Assembly (NCBI GenBank): GCA_963816625.1
Contig: CAWFLC010000002.1
Location: forward strand, 246,779-310,778
DNA: 64,000 bases
Reading direction: 5' to 3'
Source: an uncultured Actinomycetota bacterium
GTDB lineage: Bacteria; Actinomycetota; Actinomycetes; Mycobacteriales; Micromonosporaceae
A program made the position numbers and the translations under genes. The stretch's first letter is position 1. Every line of letters starts with the position of its first letter. Of this stretch, positions 35,109 to 45,915 are shown piece by piece. The notes under the pieces are model-generated. The model had not been told where the DNA came from and searched no databases. It saw nothing but the letters and a program-made list of their open reading frames with translations.

Positions 35109-36007
35109 TGATCAGGCTAGGGACGGGGGTACGCGCGGCCCTTGACGCCGGTACTCCCGTCGTCGCGCTGGAGAGCACGATCATCTCCCACGGACTGCCG
35201 AGGCCGTCGAACCTGACCGTCGCCCGGCAGATCGAGGCCACCGTGCGCGCCGAGGGCGCCATTCCGGCCACCATCGGCATGGTCGGCGGCGAACTGATCA
35301 TCGGCCTCGACGACGCCGAGATCACGCGGCTGGCCAGCCGCGACGACGTGGTCAAGCTGTCGGTCCGCGACCTCGCCCCGGCCGCTGCCCGGGGCGTCGA
35401 CGGCGCGACCACGGTCGCCGCCACCGCCGCGGTCGCCTGCTCGGCCGGCATCAAGATCTTCGCCACCGGCGGCCTCGGCGGCGTGCACCGCGGCGCATCG
35501 GCCAGCTACGACGAATCCGCCGATTTGACCGCGCTGTCGCGATTGCCGATCGCCGTGGTGTGCGCCGGGGTCAAGTCGATTCTCGACGTGGGTGCGACAT
35601 TAGAGCGCCTCGAGACGCTTGGAATATCGGTGGTGGGGTACCGCACCCGGCGGTTCCCCGGCTTTTATCTGAGCGACAGCGGCTTCGAGCTGGACTGGTC
35701 GTTCGACGACCCGAAGGAGGTGGCCGACATGTTGCAGGCCGCCGAGGCACAGGGCGTGCGCAGCGGCGCGGTCATCGTCGCCAATCCGCTGCCGCCCGAG
35801 GAACAGCTGGACCCCGTGTTACACGACCGTGTCCTGGCCGAAGGCCTCGCCGGCCTCGAGCGCGAGCACATCACCGGCAAGGCGGTCACGCCCTACCTCC
35901 TCGCGCATTTCCACGAGGCCACCGAGGGGCGCAGCCTGGCGGTGAACATCCGCATCATCCTGCGCAACGCGGCGCTGGCCGCTCAGATCGCGGTCGCGGC
36001 CTCATGA
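35108..36007 (+). CDS. psuG: Pseudouridine-5'-phosphate glycosidase
   Basis: [54 protein letters not shown]. Confidence 0.93.
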   Translation: MIRLGTGVRAALDAGTPVVALESTIISHGLPRPSNLTVARQIEATVRAEGAIPATIGMVGGELIIGLDDAEITRLASRDDVVKLSVRDLAPAAARGVDGATTVAATAAVACSAGIKIFATGGLGGVHRGASASYDESADLTALSRLPIAVVCAGVKSILDVGATLERLETLGISVVGYRTRRFPGFYLSDSGFELDWSFDDPKEVADMLQAAEAQGVRSGAVIVANPLPPEEQLDPVLHDRVLAEGLAGLEREHITGKAVTPYLLAHFHEATEGRSLAVNIRIILRNAALAAQIAVAAS

Positions 36008-36882
36008 GCATCCTGGTCGTCGGCGACATCGTGACCGACATCCTCGCGTTACACGACGGTCCGCTGGCCGTCGACTCCGACACCACCGCCCGCGTCCGCA
36101 TGACCGGCGGCGGTTCGGCCGCCAACACCGCCGCGTGGATCGCCTCCACCCAGACTCCGGTCACCCTCGCCGGCGTGGTCGGCGACGACGAGGCGGGCGC
36201 CGCCCGGCTCGCGGAACTGACCGCCGCGGGCGTCACCTGTGCCGTGCGCCGCAGCGAGGACGCGTCGACCGGCAGCGTCGTCGTCCTGTCCTCCGGCGCC
36301 GGACGCACCATGCTCTGCGACCGGGGCGCCAACGCCCTCATCGAGCCGGCGGACGTCGACGCCGCCCTCAACGGCTCGAGCCACCTGCACCTCTCCGGGT
36401 ACGTCCTCTTCGACGAGGCCAGCGCGCTGACCGGCGAGCACGCGCTGCGGGCGGCCCGGGGCCGGGCCCTGACCACGAGCGTGGACGCCGCATCGGCCGC
36501 GCCACTGTCCCGGCTGGGGGCCGAGACCTTCTTTTCCCGGGTACGGCGAGCAGATGTGCTCTTCGCCAACCAGGACGAGGCGCAGGTGCTGACCGGGCTC
36601 AGCGCGTCGCCGGACAAACTGGCGGTGGCGCTGCTCCCTCACGCGACGACAGTGGTTGTCAAGTGCGGCGCCGAGGGCGCGGTCTGGGCCGGCGCGGACG
36701 GCTCGGTGATCACCGCGCCGGCGTCACCGGTGCCGACCGTGGTCGACCCGACCGGAGCGGGCGACGCGTTCGCCGCCGGCTACCTGGCGACGTGGCGCGG
36801 CGGCGGCTCACCGGCCGAGTGCCTGGCCGCCGGGGCCCGGCTGGGCGCGCTGGCGGTGACCCGCTTCGGCGGCCGCCCGTAA
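36004..36882 (+). CDS. PfkB-family sugar kinase (probable pseudouridine kinase)
   Basis: [28 protein letters not shown]; ATGA overlap with psuG. Confidence 0.88.
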   Translation: MSILVVGDIVTDILALHDGPLAVDSDTTARVRMTGGGSAANTAAWIASTQTPVTLAGVVGDDEAGAARLAELTAAGVTCAVRRSEDASTGSVVVLSSGAGRTMLCDRGANALIEPADVDAALNGSSHLHLSGYVLFDEASALTGEHALRAARGRALTTSVDAASAAPLSRLGAETFFSRVRRADVLFANQDEAQVLTGLSASPDKLAVALLPHATTVVVKCGAEGAVWAGADGSVITAPASPVPTVVDPTGAGDAFAAGYLATWRGGGSPAECLAAGARLGALAVTRFGGRP

Positions 36883-36897
36883 CGCCGGTTGGCGGCA

Positions 36898-37260
36898 TCA
36901 GTTGTCGGCGTCGATGACCTTGTGCGGCGCCGACTCGGTCTCGGTCAGTGCGTTCGGCGGCCCCGGCGGTGCTTCCTGGCGTTTGCGCAGCTTGTAGCGG
37001 AGGGTCCGGTCCGCCCGGGGCGCCTTGTCGTTGGCCAGGAGCACGGCCGCCCACGGCAGCAGCACCGCCCCGAGCACGCAGATGACCAGCCACAACCCGA
37101 GCAACGGCGGCCTCGTCATCACCAGGATCGCGGCGACGATCACACACACCGCACGCAGGCTCATCATGATCACATAACGGATCTCCCGGGAGCGCAGCTC
37201 CTGTTCCGGGCTCTGCGGTGCATCGGTGATCAGCTGCGGTTTGTGCCCTCGGCGTCCCAT
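36898..37260 (-). CDS. DUF3099-family membrane protein
   Basis: LITDA..S...R..RY..MMSLR, LPWAAVLLAN. Confidence 0.85.
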   Translation of the reverse strand: MGRRGHKPQLITDAPQSPEQELRSREIRYVIMMSLRAVCVIVAAILVMTRPPLLGLWLVICVLGAVLLPWAAVLLANDKAPRADRTLRYKLRKRQEAPPGPPNALTETESAPHKVIDADN

Positions 37261-37342
37261 TGGAACCGAGTCTGCCACTCGTACACAGACAACGCCCAGC
37301 ACCGTCGCCGCCGATCGGTGCCGGGCGTAGCCGACTGCCTGG

Positions 37343-37777
37343 TCAGTGCGGTTGTGGGGGCTCCGGCCGGACCGGAGCGGAGTGCGCGCCCGCTACGCCG
37401 TTGCCGGCGACCAGCGCGTCGCGGATCTCGGTGAGCAACCGGACCTCGTCGCTGGGCGCCTCCGGCTCCGGCACTTCGCCGCGCTTGCGCCGCTCGGCCA
37501 GCTTGTTCATCGGGAACACGACCAGGAAGTACACGACCGCGGCGGTCAGGAGGAACGTGATCGCCGCGTTGATGAACCCGCCCCAGTCGAAGATGACTCC
37601 CCTGAGCTTCGCCGTACCGGAGAGCGGTTTGCCGCCGCTGACGACGCGGATGAGCGGATCGAGGAACGACCTGGTGAACTGCGTGACGACGTTGTTGAAC
37701 GCAGTACCGATGACGACGGCGACGGCAAGTTCGACGACGTTGCCGCGCATGATGAAATCCCGGAAACCCTTGAGCAC
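37343..37777 (-). CDS. mscL: Large-conductance mechanosensitive channel
   Basis: GFRDFIMRGNVVELAVAVVIG, LLTEIRDAL. Confidence 0.96.
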   Translation of the reverse strand: MLKGFRDFIMRGNVVELAVAVVIGTAFNNVVTQFTRSFLDPLIRVVSGGKPLSGTAKLRGVIFDWGGFINAAITFLLTAAVVYFLVVFPMNKLAERRKRGEVPEPEAPSDEVRLLTEIRDALVAGNGVAGAHSAPVRPEPPQPH

Positions 37778-37837
37778 GGATGCACAGTAGTGGGCCGGAC
37801 CCGGGTGCGCATCCGGGCAGACTGGGGATCGCGCGGG

Positions 37838-38404
37838 CTAGCCCTTGGCGGCGGCCTTCATGGCTTGTTTGTATTCGCGGACCTTGGTCAGCGAGGCGCC
37901 GTCGACGATGTCGGCGACCGAGCGGTGGGAGCCCTCTTCGCCGTACGCGCCGGCCGCTTCGCGCCAGCCTTCGGGCTGCACCCCGTATTGCTTGCCGAGC
38001 AGCGCGACGAAGATCTGCGCCTTCTGCTTGCCGAAGCCGGGCAGGTCGCCGACCCGCTTGAGGAGTTCCGTGCCGCTGTCGACGCCGGTCCACAGCCGGC
38101 TGGCGTCGCCGTCGTACCGCTCGACGAGCATGCGGCACACCTCCTGCACGCGCGCCGCCATGGCCTTGGGGAAGCGGTGCAGCGCCGGGGTACGGGCGAA
38201 GATCGCGACCAGCGCCTCCGGGTCGTAGTCGGCGAGTTCGTGGGCGTCGAGTTCGTGGCCGAGGCGCTGCTCCAACACATACGGGGAGGAGAACGCCTTC
38301 TCAAGCGGGATCTGCTGGTCAAGCACCATGCCGACGAGCAGGGCGAGCGGGCTGCGGTCGAGCAGCTTGTTGGCCTCGTCGTCGATGGGCAGCGTCAGGC
38401 TCAT
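37838..38404 (-). CDS. HhH-GPD base-excision repair family protein
   Basis: LLVGMVLDQQIP, LHRFPKAMA, LPGFGKQKA. Confidence 0.9.
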   Translation of the reverse strand: MSLTLPIDDEANKLLDRSPLALLVGMVLDQQIPLEKAFSSPYVLEQRLGHELDAHELADYDPEALVAIFARTPALHRFPKAMAARVQEVCRMLVERYDGDASRLWTGVDSGTELLKRVGDLPGFGKQKAQIFVALLGKQYGVQPEGWREAAGAYGEEGSHRSVADIVDGASLTKVREYKQAMKAAAKG

Positions 38405-38450
38405 GGGACCATCTTGCCCGAGCCCACCCCGCGCGTAGAAGGATGGCCGG

Positions 38451-39914
38451 GTGGACCGACTGCTCGAACCCGACGACATCGACCGTCTCCGTACTGCGCT
38501 CGAGCTCTCCCAGTACACCTCAAAGGGTATTTCGGAGAGGCTGGGGGACGTCGCGACGGCGGCGCTGCGGCGCAACGACTTCCGGGCGGCGCTCAGGGTC
38601 ACCGAGGGTGAGGGTGATCGGCTGGCCACGCTGATTCGCCTGTTCGTGTGCGGGCAGACGGAGTCGATCGAGGCGACCGCGGCCGCGCTGGCACCGCTGC
38701 CGATCGAGGCGGCGGTACCGCTGCTTGAACTGGACGGCGACGGGGTGCGCGCGGCGCTGGAGTTGGAGCCGTATGGCGACTGGTGGGTGGTCGCCGATCT
38801 GTCGGCCGGGATGCGGCCCGGGCGGCCGTTGCCCGCCGATCATGTGCTCGGCGTCGGTGGCGCGTCCACGACACTCGCCGGCGCGACGCTGCGGCGCCCG
38901 GTTACCTCGGCCCTCGATCTTGGTACGGGCTGTGGCGTTCAGGCGCTGCACCTGTCCACGCACGCGGAACGGGTGACCGCGACCGATCTGTCGGCGCGGG
39001 CGCTGCGCTTCGCGGCGACGACGGCGGCGCTCAACCGGCTGGACTGGGAGTTGCGCGACGGCGACCTGGTCGAGCCGGTCCGGGACCGGCGCTTCGACCT
39101 CGTCGTGTCCAACCCGCCGTTCATCGTCGGGCCGGGCACGCAGCGCTACGACTACCGCGACTCGGGCCGGTCCGGCGACGCCGTGTGCGCCGAACTGGTC
39201 GCGGCCGCGCCCGGGCTGCTCAACCCGGGCGGGCACATGCAGTTCCTGGCGAACTGGCTGCACGTGACCGGCGAGGCGTGGGAGGACCGGATCGCCGGCT
39301 GGCTGGCCGGCACCGGCTTGGACGCCTGGGTCATCCAGCGGGAGGTGTCCGATCCGGTCGGGTACGTGAACCTGTGGCTCGCCGACGCGGCCGAGGACGC
39401 GGCCAACCAGCCGGCCATCGCGGCGGCCTGGCTCGACTGGTTCGACGCGGCATCGGTCGAGGCGGTCGGCTTCGGGCTGGTGACCTTGCGGGCCGGTGGA
39501 CACGACGACCCGACGGTACGGATCGAGGACCTCCGCCAGCCGCTCGACGAGCCGCTCGGGCCGGAGGTGTCGAGCTGGTTCGAGCGGCAGGACTGGCTGC
39601 GCGCGCAGTCGTTGCTCGGCGCTCGGCTGCGTACCGCCGACGGGCTGCGGCTGCGGCAGGAGGCGAGCCGGGGGCCGGAGGGCTGGGAGGTCGGCCGGCA
39701 GGTGCTGGCGTTGACCGGCGGGCTGCGCTGGGCCGAGGACGTCGACCCGGTCGCGCTGGCGCTGGTCGGCAGCTGCGACGGCTCGGTCGCGCTGGGTGAC
39801 CAGGTGGACCTGCTGGCGGCCGCCCACGACGTACCAGCGGAGACGCTCGCCGAGGTCGCGGTGCCGCTGGTCGCGCACCTGGTCGAGCGGGGTCTCCTGC
39901 TGCCCGTCCCCTGA
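38451..39914 (+). CDS. Class I SAM methyltransferase (NPPF type) with extra N- and C-terminal domains
   Basis: LDLGTGCGVQ, FDLVVSNPPF; C-terminal CDG...LVERGLL. Confidence 0.88.
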   Translation: MDRLLEPDDIDRLRTALELSQYTSKGISERLGDVATAALRRNDFRAALRVTEGEGDRLATLIRLFVCGQTESIEATAAALAPLPIEAAVPLLELDGDGVRAALELEPYGDWWVVADLSAGMRPGRPLPADHVLGVGGASTTLAGATLRRPVTSALDLGTGCGVQALHLSTHAERVTATDLSARALRFAATTAALNRLDWELRDGDLVEPVRDRRFDLVVSNPPFIVGPGTQRYDYRDSGRSGDAVCAELVAAAPGLLNPGGHMQFLANWLHVTGEAWEDRIAGWLAGTGLDAWVIQREVSDPVGYVNLWLADAAEDAANQPAIAAAWLDWFDAASVEAVGFGLVTLRAGGHDDPTVRIEDLRQPLDEPLGPEVSSWFERQDWLRAQSLLGARLRTADGLRLRQEASRGPEGWEVGRQVLALTGGLRWAEDVDPVALALVGSCDGSVALGDQVDLLAAAHDVPAETLAEVAVPLVAHLVERGLLLPVP

Positions 39915-40042
39915 GTCGATCTGCCCCCTCCGCTGAGTCGATCAACCCCTCCCCTGAGTCGATCTGCCGCTCCCCCGAGTCGATCAAGGAAGTACGCGCC
40001 GGGATTTGTCCGAATCCCGGGCGCGTACTTCCTTGATCGACT
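39911..40042. repeat. ~21-bp tandem repeat x4 fused to a ~29-bp-stem inverted repeat
   Basis: C(T/C)GAGTCGATC at 39911, 39933, 39954, 39975; AGTCGATCAAGGAAGTACGCGCCGGGATT / AATCCCGGGCGCGTACTTCCTTGATCGACT. Confidence 0.9.
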
Positions 40043-40220
40043 AAGCCCTGCGTATCAGGCCACGGCCTCGCGTCCTCTTTTCACGAGATCCGTGAACCCG
40101 TCTACTACCGGATTCGTGCCACAGATGTAGGCGCCTCACGGCGACTTCACGCCCGCTGCGCGAAGCTTCTCCCCACAGAGATGATCGCGCCACTTGTCAA
40201 GACCACGGGAGGCGAGCGAA

Positions 40221-41222
<1,002 letters not shown>

Positions 41223-41236
41223 TCCACATACTTATA

Positions 41237-41268
41237 GACGGCGCGGTCCGGTAGCGGGCCGCGCCGTC
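41237..41268. terminator. Hairpin between convergent sigB and pat
   Basis: GACGGCGCGGTCCG-GTAG-CGGGCCGCGCCGTC. Confidence 0.6.
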
Positions 41269-41301
41269 GCGTTCTGCTTGTTACAGGCGGCGCGGTCCGG
41301 C

Positions 41302-43848
41302 TTACAGGCGGCGCGGTCCAGTGTCGGGCCGCGCTGTCGCGCCGGCGAAGGTCGCGCTCGCGTGCAGCACCGTGATGCCGTCCGGCCGGGCCAGCACCGG
41401 ATTCAGGATCAACGACGACAGCGCCGGCTGCTCGTCCACCAGCTGGCCGATCCGCAGCACGAGGTCCGCCAGCGCGTCGAGATCGACCGGCACCGAACCG
41501 CGATAGCCGGTCAGCAACGGTGCGGCTTTCGGCGCCCTGACGAGTGACGCCGCATCCCGGTCGGTCAGCGGCACCGGTCGCCACGCGCGGTCGCCGAGCA
41601 GTTCGGCCGCCTCGCCGCCCAGCCCGAAGCCGACCACCGGGCCGAAGGCCGGGTCGTCGACGACCTCGACCACACACGCCACGCCCGGCGGCACCATCGG
41701 CTGCACGACCACCTCGACGCCGGTGCCGAAGAGGCGCTCGAGCTCCTCGTACGCCTCGGCGACGAGCGCCGGCGTGGCCAGGTTGAGCCGCACGGCGCCC
41801 AGGTCGACGCGGTGCCGCCAGGGCGCACCGGCCGCCTTGAGCGCGACCGGGCCGTCGAAGCCGGCCGCCGCGGCGAGCACCTCCGCCCCGCTCGCCTGGG
41901 TCGAGGGCACGACGTCGACGCCGTACGCGGCGAGGAGCTCGGCCACCCCGGGCGGCGACCGGAACGGCTCCACATTGGACGCCGGCGGCAGCGCCCCGAT
42001 CGGCTCCCGGCGCCAGGCCGCGTAGCGGGCGACCCGGCCGAGGGCGCGTATCGCCTCCTCGATCGCCGGGTAGATCGGCAGCGCCGGCGGATCTCCGTCC
42101 ACATAGGTCGGTGCGACGGTGAACGACGGGTCGGCCGGCAGGACGGCGGCGAGCGGCTTGCCCGCACCGTCGGCGGCCAAGCGGAGCGCCTCGGCGACAT
42201 CGCCGTGCTCCTCGTCGACGAGCACCGGCGCGTACGCGGCGAGCACGGCGTCGACGTCCTTCGCCTTCAGCGCCTCGGCCACGGCCAACACGAAGGCGGA
42301 CTCGGCGACCGTCGGCGCCAGCACCGTGGAAGAGGCGATGCGCACGCCGGCCGCCGGTGCCTTGGCCACGGTCAGCGCGTTCAGTGCCGCCGCGTTGGTG
42401 ACCACGGCGATCCGGTCGCCGTTCGGCAGCGGCTGGCCGGCGATGAGGGCGCCAACGTCGAACAGCTCGGCGACGGTGTCGACGCGGATCACGCCGGAGT
42501 GGGCGAAGAGCGCCGCGACGCCCCGGGCATCGGGTCCGGCGTCACCCTCGCGGACCGGGCTGGCCACCGCCACCACCGGCTTGTGCCGGGCCAGCTCGCG
42601 CGCGATCCGGGCGAACTTGCGCGCGTTGCCGAACGTCTCCAGGTACAGCAGCACGGCCTCGGTGTCCGGGTCGCCGCGCCAGTACTGCAAGGCGTCGTTG
42701 CCGGAGACGTCGGCGCGGTTGCCGGCCGAGATGAAGCTGGACAGCCCGATCCCCCGCCGGTCGGCCTCGGCCAGCAGCGCCGTGCCCAGGGCCGCGGACT
42801 GGCTGAAGAACCCGACCCGTCCGGGCCGCGGCAGCAGCGGGGCGAGGGTCGCGTTGAGCCGCACGGCCGGGTGCGTGTTGGCGATGCCGAGACAGTTCGG
42901 CCCGACGAGCCGCATGCCCTTCCCGCGTACGACCCGCAGCAGGTCCTCCTCGGCCCGGATGCCGTCGGGGCCAGCCTCGGCGAAGCCGGAGGAGACCACG
43001 ACCAGCCCGTGCACGCCCGCCTGCGCGCAGTCCTCGACGACGTCCGGTACCGCTTCGGCCGGCACCACCACGATGGCGAGGTCGATGTCGCCGACGCCTT
43101 CGAGGCTTGGCACGGCCGGTAGTCCGCCGACCATCACGGCGCTGGGATGCACCGGCACGATCTCACCGGCGAAGGTGGCCGCCTCGAGGTGCGCGAGCAC
43201 CGCGGCGCCGACCCCCGTACCGTCGGACCGGGCTCCGTAGACGGCCACCCCGTGCGGCGCCAGGATCCGGGCGATCGAGCGGGCCTCGGCCCGTTGCTCG
43301 CGGTAGAACTGCACGCGCCGGGAGTCGGCGGTCGGCGCGATCGGGAACCACAGGTGCACGACGCCGTCGCTGAACTCCCGCTCGACCTGGAACCCGGCCT
43401 CGGAGAACACCCGCAGCATGGTCTGGTTCACCGGCAGGACGTCGGCCACGAATGCCTCGATGCCCTCCTCCCGTGCGGCGGCGATCAGGTGCTCCATGAG
43501 CACCGAGCCGATGCCGCGACCCTGCTGGCCGTCCTGTACGACGAAGGCCACCTCGGCCTGGCGGACCTGCTCGCCGAGCCCTTCGTAGCGGCCGACCGCG
43601 ATCAGGTCGCTGCCCTGTTGCACGACGAACGCCTCACGGCTGTGGTGGTCGACGTTGACGAAGCGCTCCAGGTCGCGCGGGGGGATCTGCGGGTACGCGG
43701 AGAAGTAGCGCAGGTAGCGGGTCCGCTCGGACAGGCGCGAGTGCAGAGCGACGATGCCGTCGGCGTCGTCGGGCCGGATCGGCCGGACGTGCACCGTCGA
43801 ACCGTCGGAAAGAAGCACGTCCGCGTCCCGCTTGTGCACACCGTTCAT
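41302..43848 (-). CDS. GNAT + NDP-forming acyl-CoA-synthetase-like protein lysine acetyltransferase (Pat type)
   Basis: RYLRYF, EVAFVV..QQGRGIG, GPNCLGI, SQSA, GNRADV, DPAFGP. Confidence 0.88.
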   Translation of the reverse strand: MNGVHKRDADVLLSDGSTVHVRPIRPDDADGIVALHSRLSERTRYLRYFSAYPQIPPRDLERFVNVDHHSREAFVVQQGSDLIAVGRYEGLGEQVRQAEVAFVVQDGQQGRGIGSVLMEHLIAAAREEGIEAFVADVLPVNQTMLRVFSEAGFQVEREFSDGVVHLWFPIAPTADSRRVQFYREQRAEARSIARILAPHGVAVYGARSDGTGVGAAVLAHLEAATFAGEIVPVHPSAVMVGGLPAVPSLEGVGDIDLAIVVVPAEAVPDVVEDCAQAGVHGLVVVSSGFAEAGPDGIRAEEDLLRVVRGKGMRLVGPNCLGIANTHPAVRLNATLAPLLPRPGRVGFFSQSAALGTALLAEADRRGIGLSSFISAGNRADVSGNDALQYWRGDPDTEAVLLYLETFGNARKFARIARELARHKPVVAVASPVREGDAGPDARGVAALFAHSGVIRVDTVAELFDVGALIAGQPLPNGDRIAVVTNAAALNALTVAKAPAAGVRIASSTVLAPTVAESAFVLAVAEALKAKDVDAVLAAYAPVLVDEEHGDVAEALRLAADGAGKPLAAVLPADPSFTVAPTYVDGDPPALPIYPAIEEAIRALGRVARYAAWRREPIGALPPASNVEPFRSPPGVAELLAAYGVDVVPSTQASGAEVLAAAAGFDGPVALKAAGAPWRHRVDLGAVRLNLATPALVAEAYEELERLFGTGVEVVVQPMVPPGVACVVEVVDDPAFGPVVGFGLGGEAAELLGDRAWRPVPLTDRDAASLVRAPKAAPLLTGYRGSVPVDLDALADLVLRIGQLVDEQPALSSLILNPVLARPDGITVLHASATFAGATARPDTGPRRL

Positions 43849-43852
43849 GGTG

Positions 43853-45028
43853 TCAGTCTCGGGGGTCGTCTGGGTCCAGGCCGAAGAACGGGAACGACTC
43901 GCGGCGTGTCGCGGCGATGCTGCGGTCGAGCGAGCTGGGCGTTTCGCCGGGCTGCCACGGCTCGTACGAGACGTCGCCGCCGTCGGTCATCGACGCCGGA
44001 CAGGGGTGGCGGGGACGGCGCTCCTTCGCCAGTTCCCGCCACTGCGGCGGGGTCGCCGTCGCCGGGTCGAGCGGGTCGCCGGTCAGCACGCCGAGCAGGT
44101 GCGTCCAGGCTCGGGGCACGCACTCGACGAGCGCGTAACCGCCCCCGCCGGACGCCACCCACTTGCCCCCGGCCGTCTCCATGGCGAGGTCGCGCAGGGC
44201 CAGGTAGGCCGCGCGCTGCCCGTCGACGGTCAGCGCCAGGTTGGCCAGGGGATCGTGCCGGTAGGTGTCCGCACCGCACTGGGTGAACAGCAGCTGCGGC
44301 CGGAACGAGCGGAGCGCCCCGGGCACGACGGCGTGGAACGCCCGCAGCCAGCCGCTGTCGGTCGTACCGGGCGGCAGCGCGACGTTGACCGCGCTGCCCT
44401 CCGCGCCCGGCCCACCGGTCTCGTCGGGGAATCCGGTGCCGGGGAAGAGCGTGCGCGGCGATTCGTGCAGGCTGATGGTGAGCACCCGCGGGTCGTCGTA
44501 GAAGACGTGCTGGACGCCGTCGCCGTGGTGCACGTCGATGTCCACGTAGGCCACGCGCTCGGCTCCGAGCTCGAGTACCCGCTTGATCGCCACGGCCGGG
44601 TCGTTGTAGACGCAGAAGCCGGACGCCCGGGCCGGCATGGCGTGGTGCAGGCCGCCGGCGACGTTGACCGCGCGGTCGACGGAGCCCCGCCAGACCGCCT
44701 CCGCGGCCCGCATGGTCGCGCCGGCGACGAGTGCGCTGGCCTCGTGCATGTGCGGGAAGATCGGGTTGTCCGACGTACCGAGCCCGAAACCGTTGATCCG
44801 CCGCCCGTTCCCGGCCGCCTTGACGATCTCGACGTACTCGGGGCGGTGGACCAGCGCCAGTTCCGCGTCGGTGGCCGGGATGGGCGCCTCGACGGTGACA
44901 CCCTCGCGATCGAGCACGCCGAGTGCGCGGGCCAGGGCGATGGTGAGCTCGACGCGGACCGGGTCGAGCGGGTGGTCGCCCAGGTTGTACTGCAGGAGCG
45001 CCTCATCCCACATCACCAGCGTCTGCAT
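43853..45028 (-). CDS. acuC: Zn-dependent deacetylase (HDAC family), acetoin utilisation protein
   Basis: GGLHHA, ASGFCVYND, YVDIDVHHGDGV, SLHE, FPGTG, CGAD, GGGGY. Confidence 0.92.
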   Translation of the reverse strand: MQTLVMWDEALLQYNLGDHPLDPVRVELTIALARALGVLDREGVTVEAPIPATDAELALVHRPEYVEIVKAAGNGRRINGFGLGTSDNPIFPHMHEASALVAGATMRAAEAVWRGSVDRAVNVAGGLHHAMPARASGFCVYNDPAVAIKRVLELGAERVAYVDIDVHHGDGVQHVFYDDPRVLTISLHESPRTLFPGTGFPDETGGPGAEGSAVNVALPPGTTDSGWLRAFHAVVPGALRSFRPQLLFTQCGADTYRHDPLANLALTVDGQRAAYLALRDLAMETAGGKWVASGGGGYALVECVPRAWTHLLGVLTGDPLDPATATPPQWRELAKERRPRHPCPASMTDGGDVSYEPWQPGETPSSLDRSIAATRRESFPFFGLDPDDPRD

Positions 45029-45029
45029 G

Positions 45030-45861
45030 TCACGTGTCCCCAGTGGCTCTCGGCCGGCTCTCGTCGGTGATCCAGTCGCTCCACGACCCAACGTACAGCG
45101 CCGGCTGGAAACCGGCCCGGTACAGGGCGAGCGCGGTCTGCGCCGCGGCGATGCCGGACCCACAGTACGCGCCGACGGGCTCGCCGTCGGTGGCGCCGAG
45201 GGCGGTGAACGTCTCGCGCAACGCCGCCGGGGACCGCAGCCGGCCGTCGGCGTCCACTGTGGAGGGCAGCGGCAGGTTGACCGCGCCCGGGATGTGGCCG
45301 GCGACCGGGTCGATCGGCTCGACCTCGCCGCGGAACCGCTCGGGTGCACGGGCATCGATGAGCAGTTTGCCGGGAATGTCGGATGCGGTCCAGGCCGGTA
45401 CGGAGTCCGGTATCACCTCTGATGTCGCCGGGAACGGCCGCCGGCTCGTCGACCGATGCGGCGAAGCCGGCCGCGACCCAGGCCGCGTAGCCGCCGTCGA
45501 GCACCGAGACCTCGTCGTGCCCGGCCCACCGCAGCGTCCACCACACCCGCGCGGCGGAGCCGGTCGGGATCGGCCCCCGCTCGTATACGACGACCGGATG
45601 GCCCTGGCGGACCCCGAGCCGGCGCAGGGCACGCTGCAGCGAAGCGGTGTCCGGCAACGGATGCCGGCCGCCGGCCCCGGGCGGTCCGCAGAGGTCGCGG
45701 TCCAGGTCGGCGAAGACCGCGCCGGGGAGGTGTCCGGCGTCATATGCTGCTCTACCGCCGCCGGTCAGCGTGAAGCTCGCGTCGAGCAGCGTCGGCGGAT
45801 CGGGCTCGTTGAGCAAGCCGGCGAGCTCCGTCGCATTCAAGATCGTCTGGTGGCTGGTCAC
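45030..45861 (-). CDS. Two-domain rhodanese/sulfurtransferase; one frameshift near 45420
   Basis: [41 protein letters not shown]. Confidence 0.88.
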
Positions 45862-45915
45862 CCGTCAAGTGTGTCGTAAGGAGCGGGGTAGGATTTCTCT
45901 CCGGGAGGACGAGCC

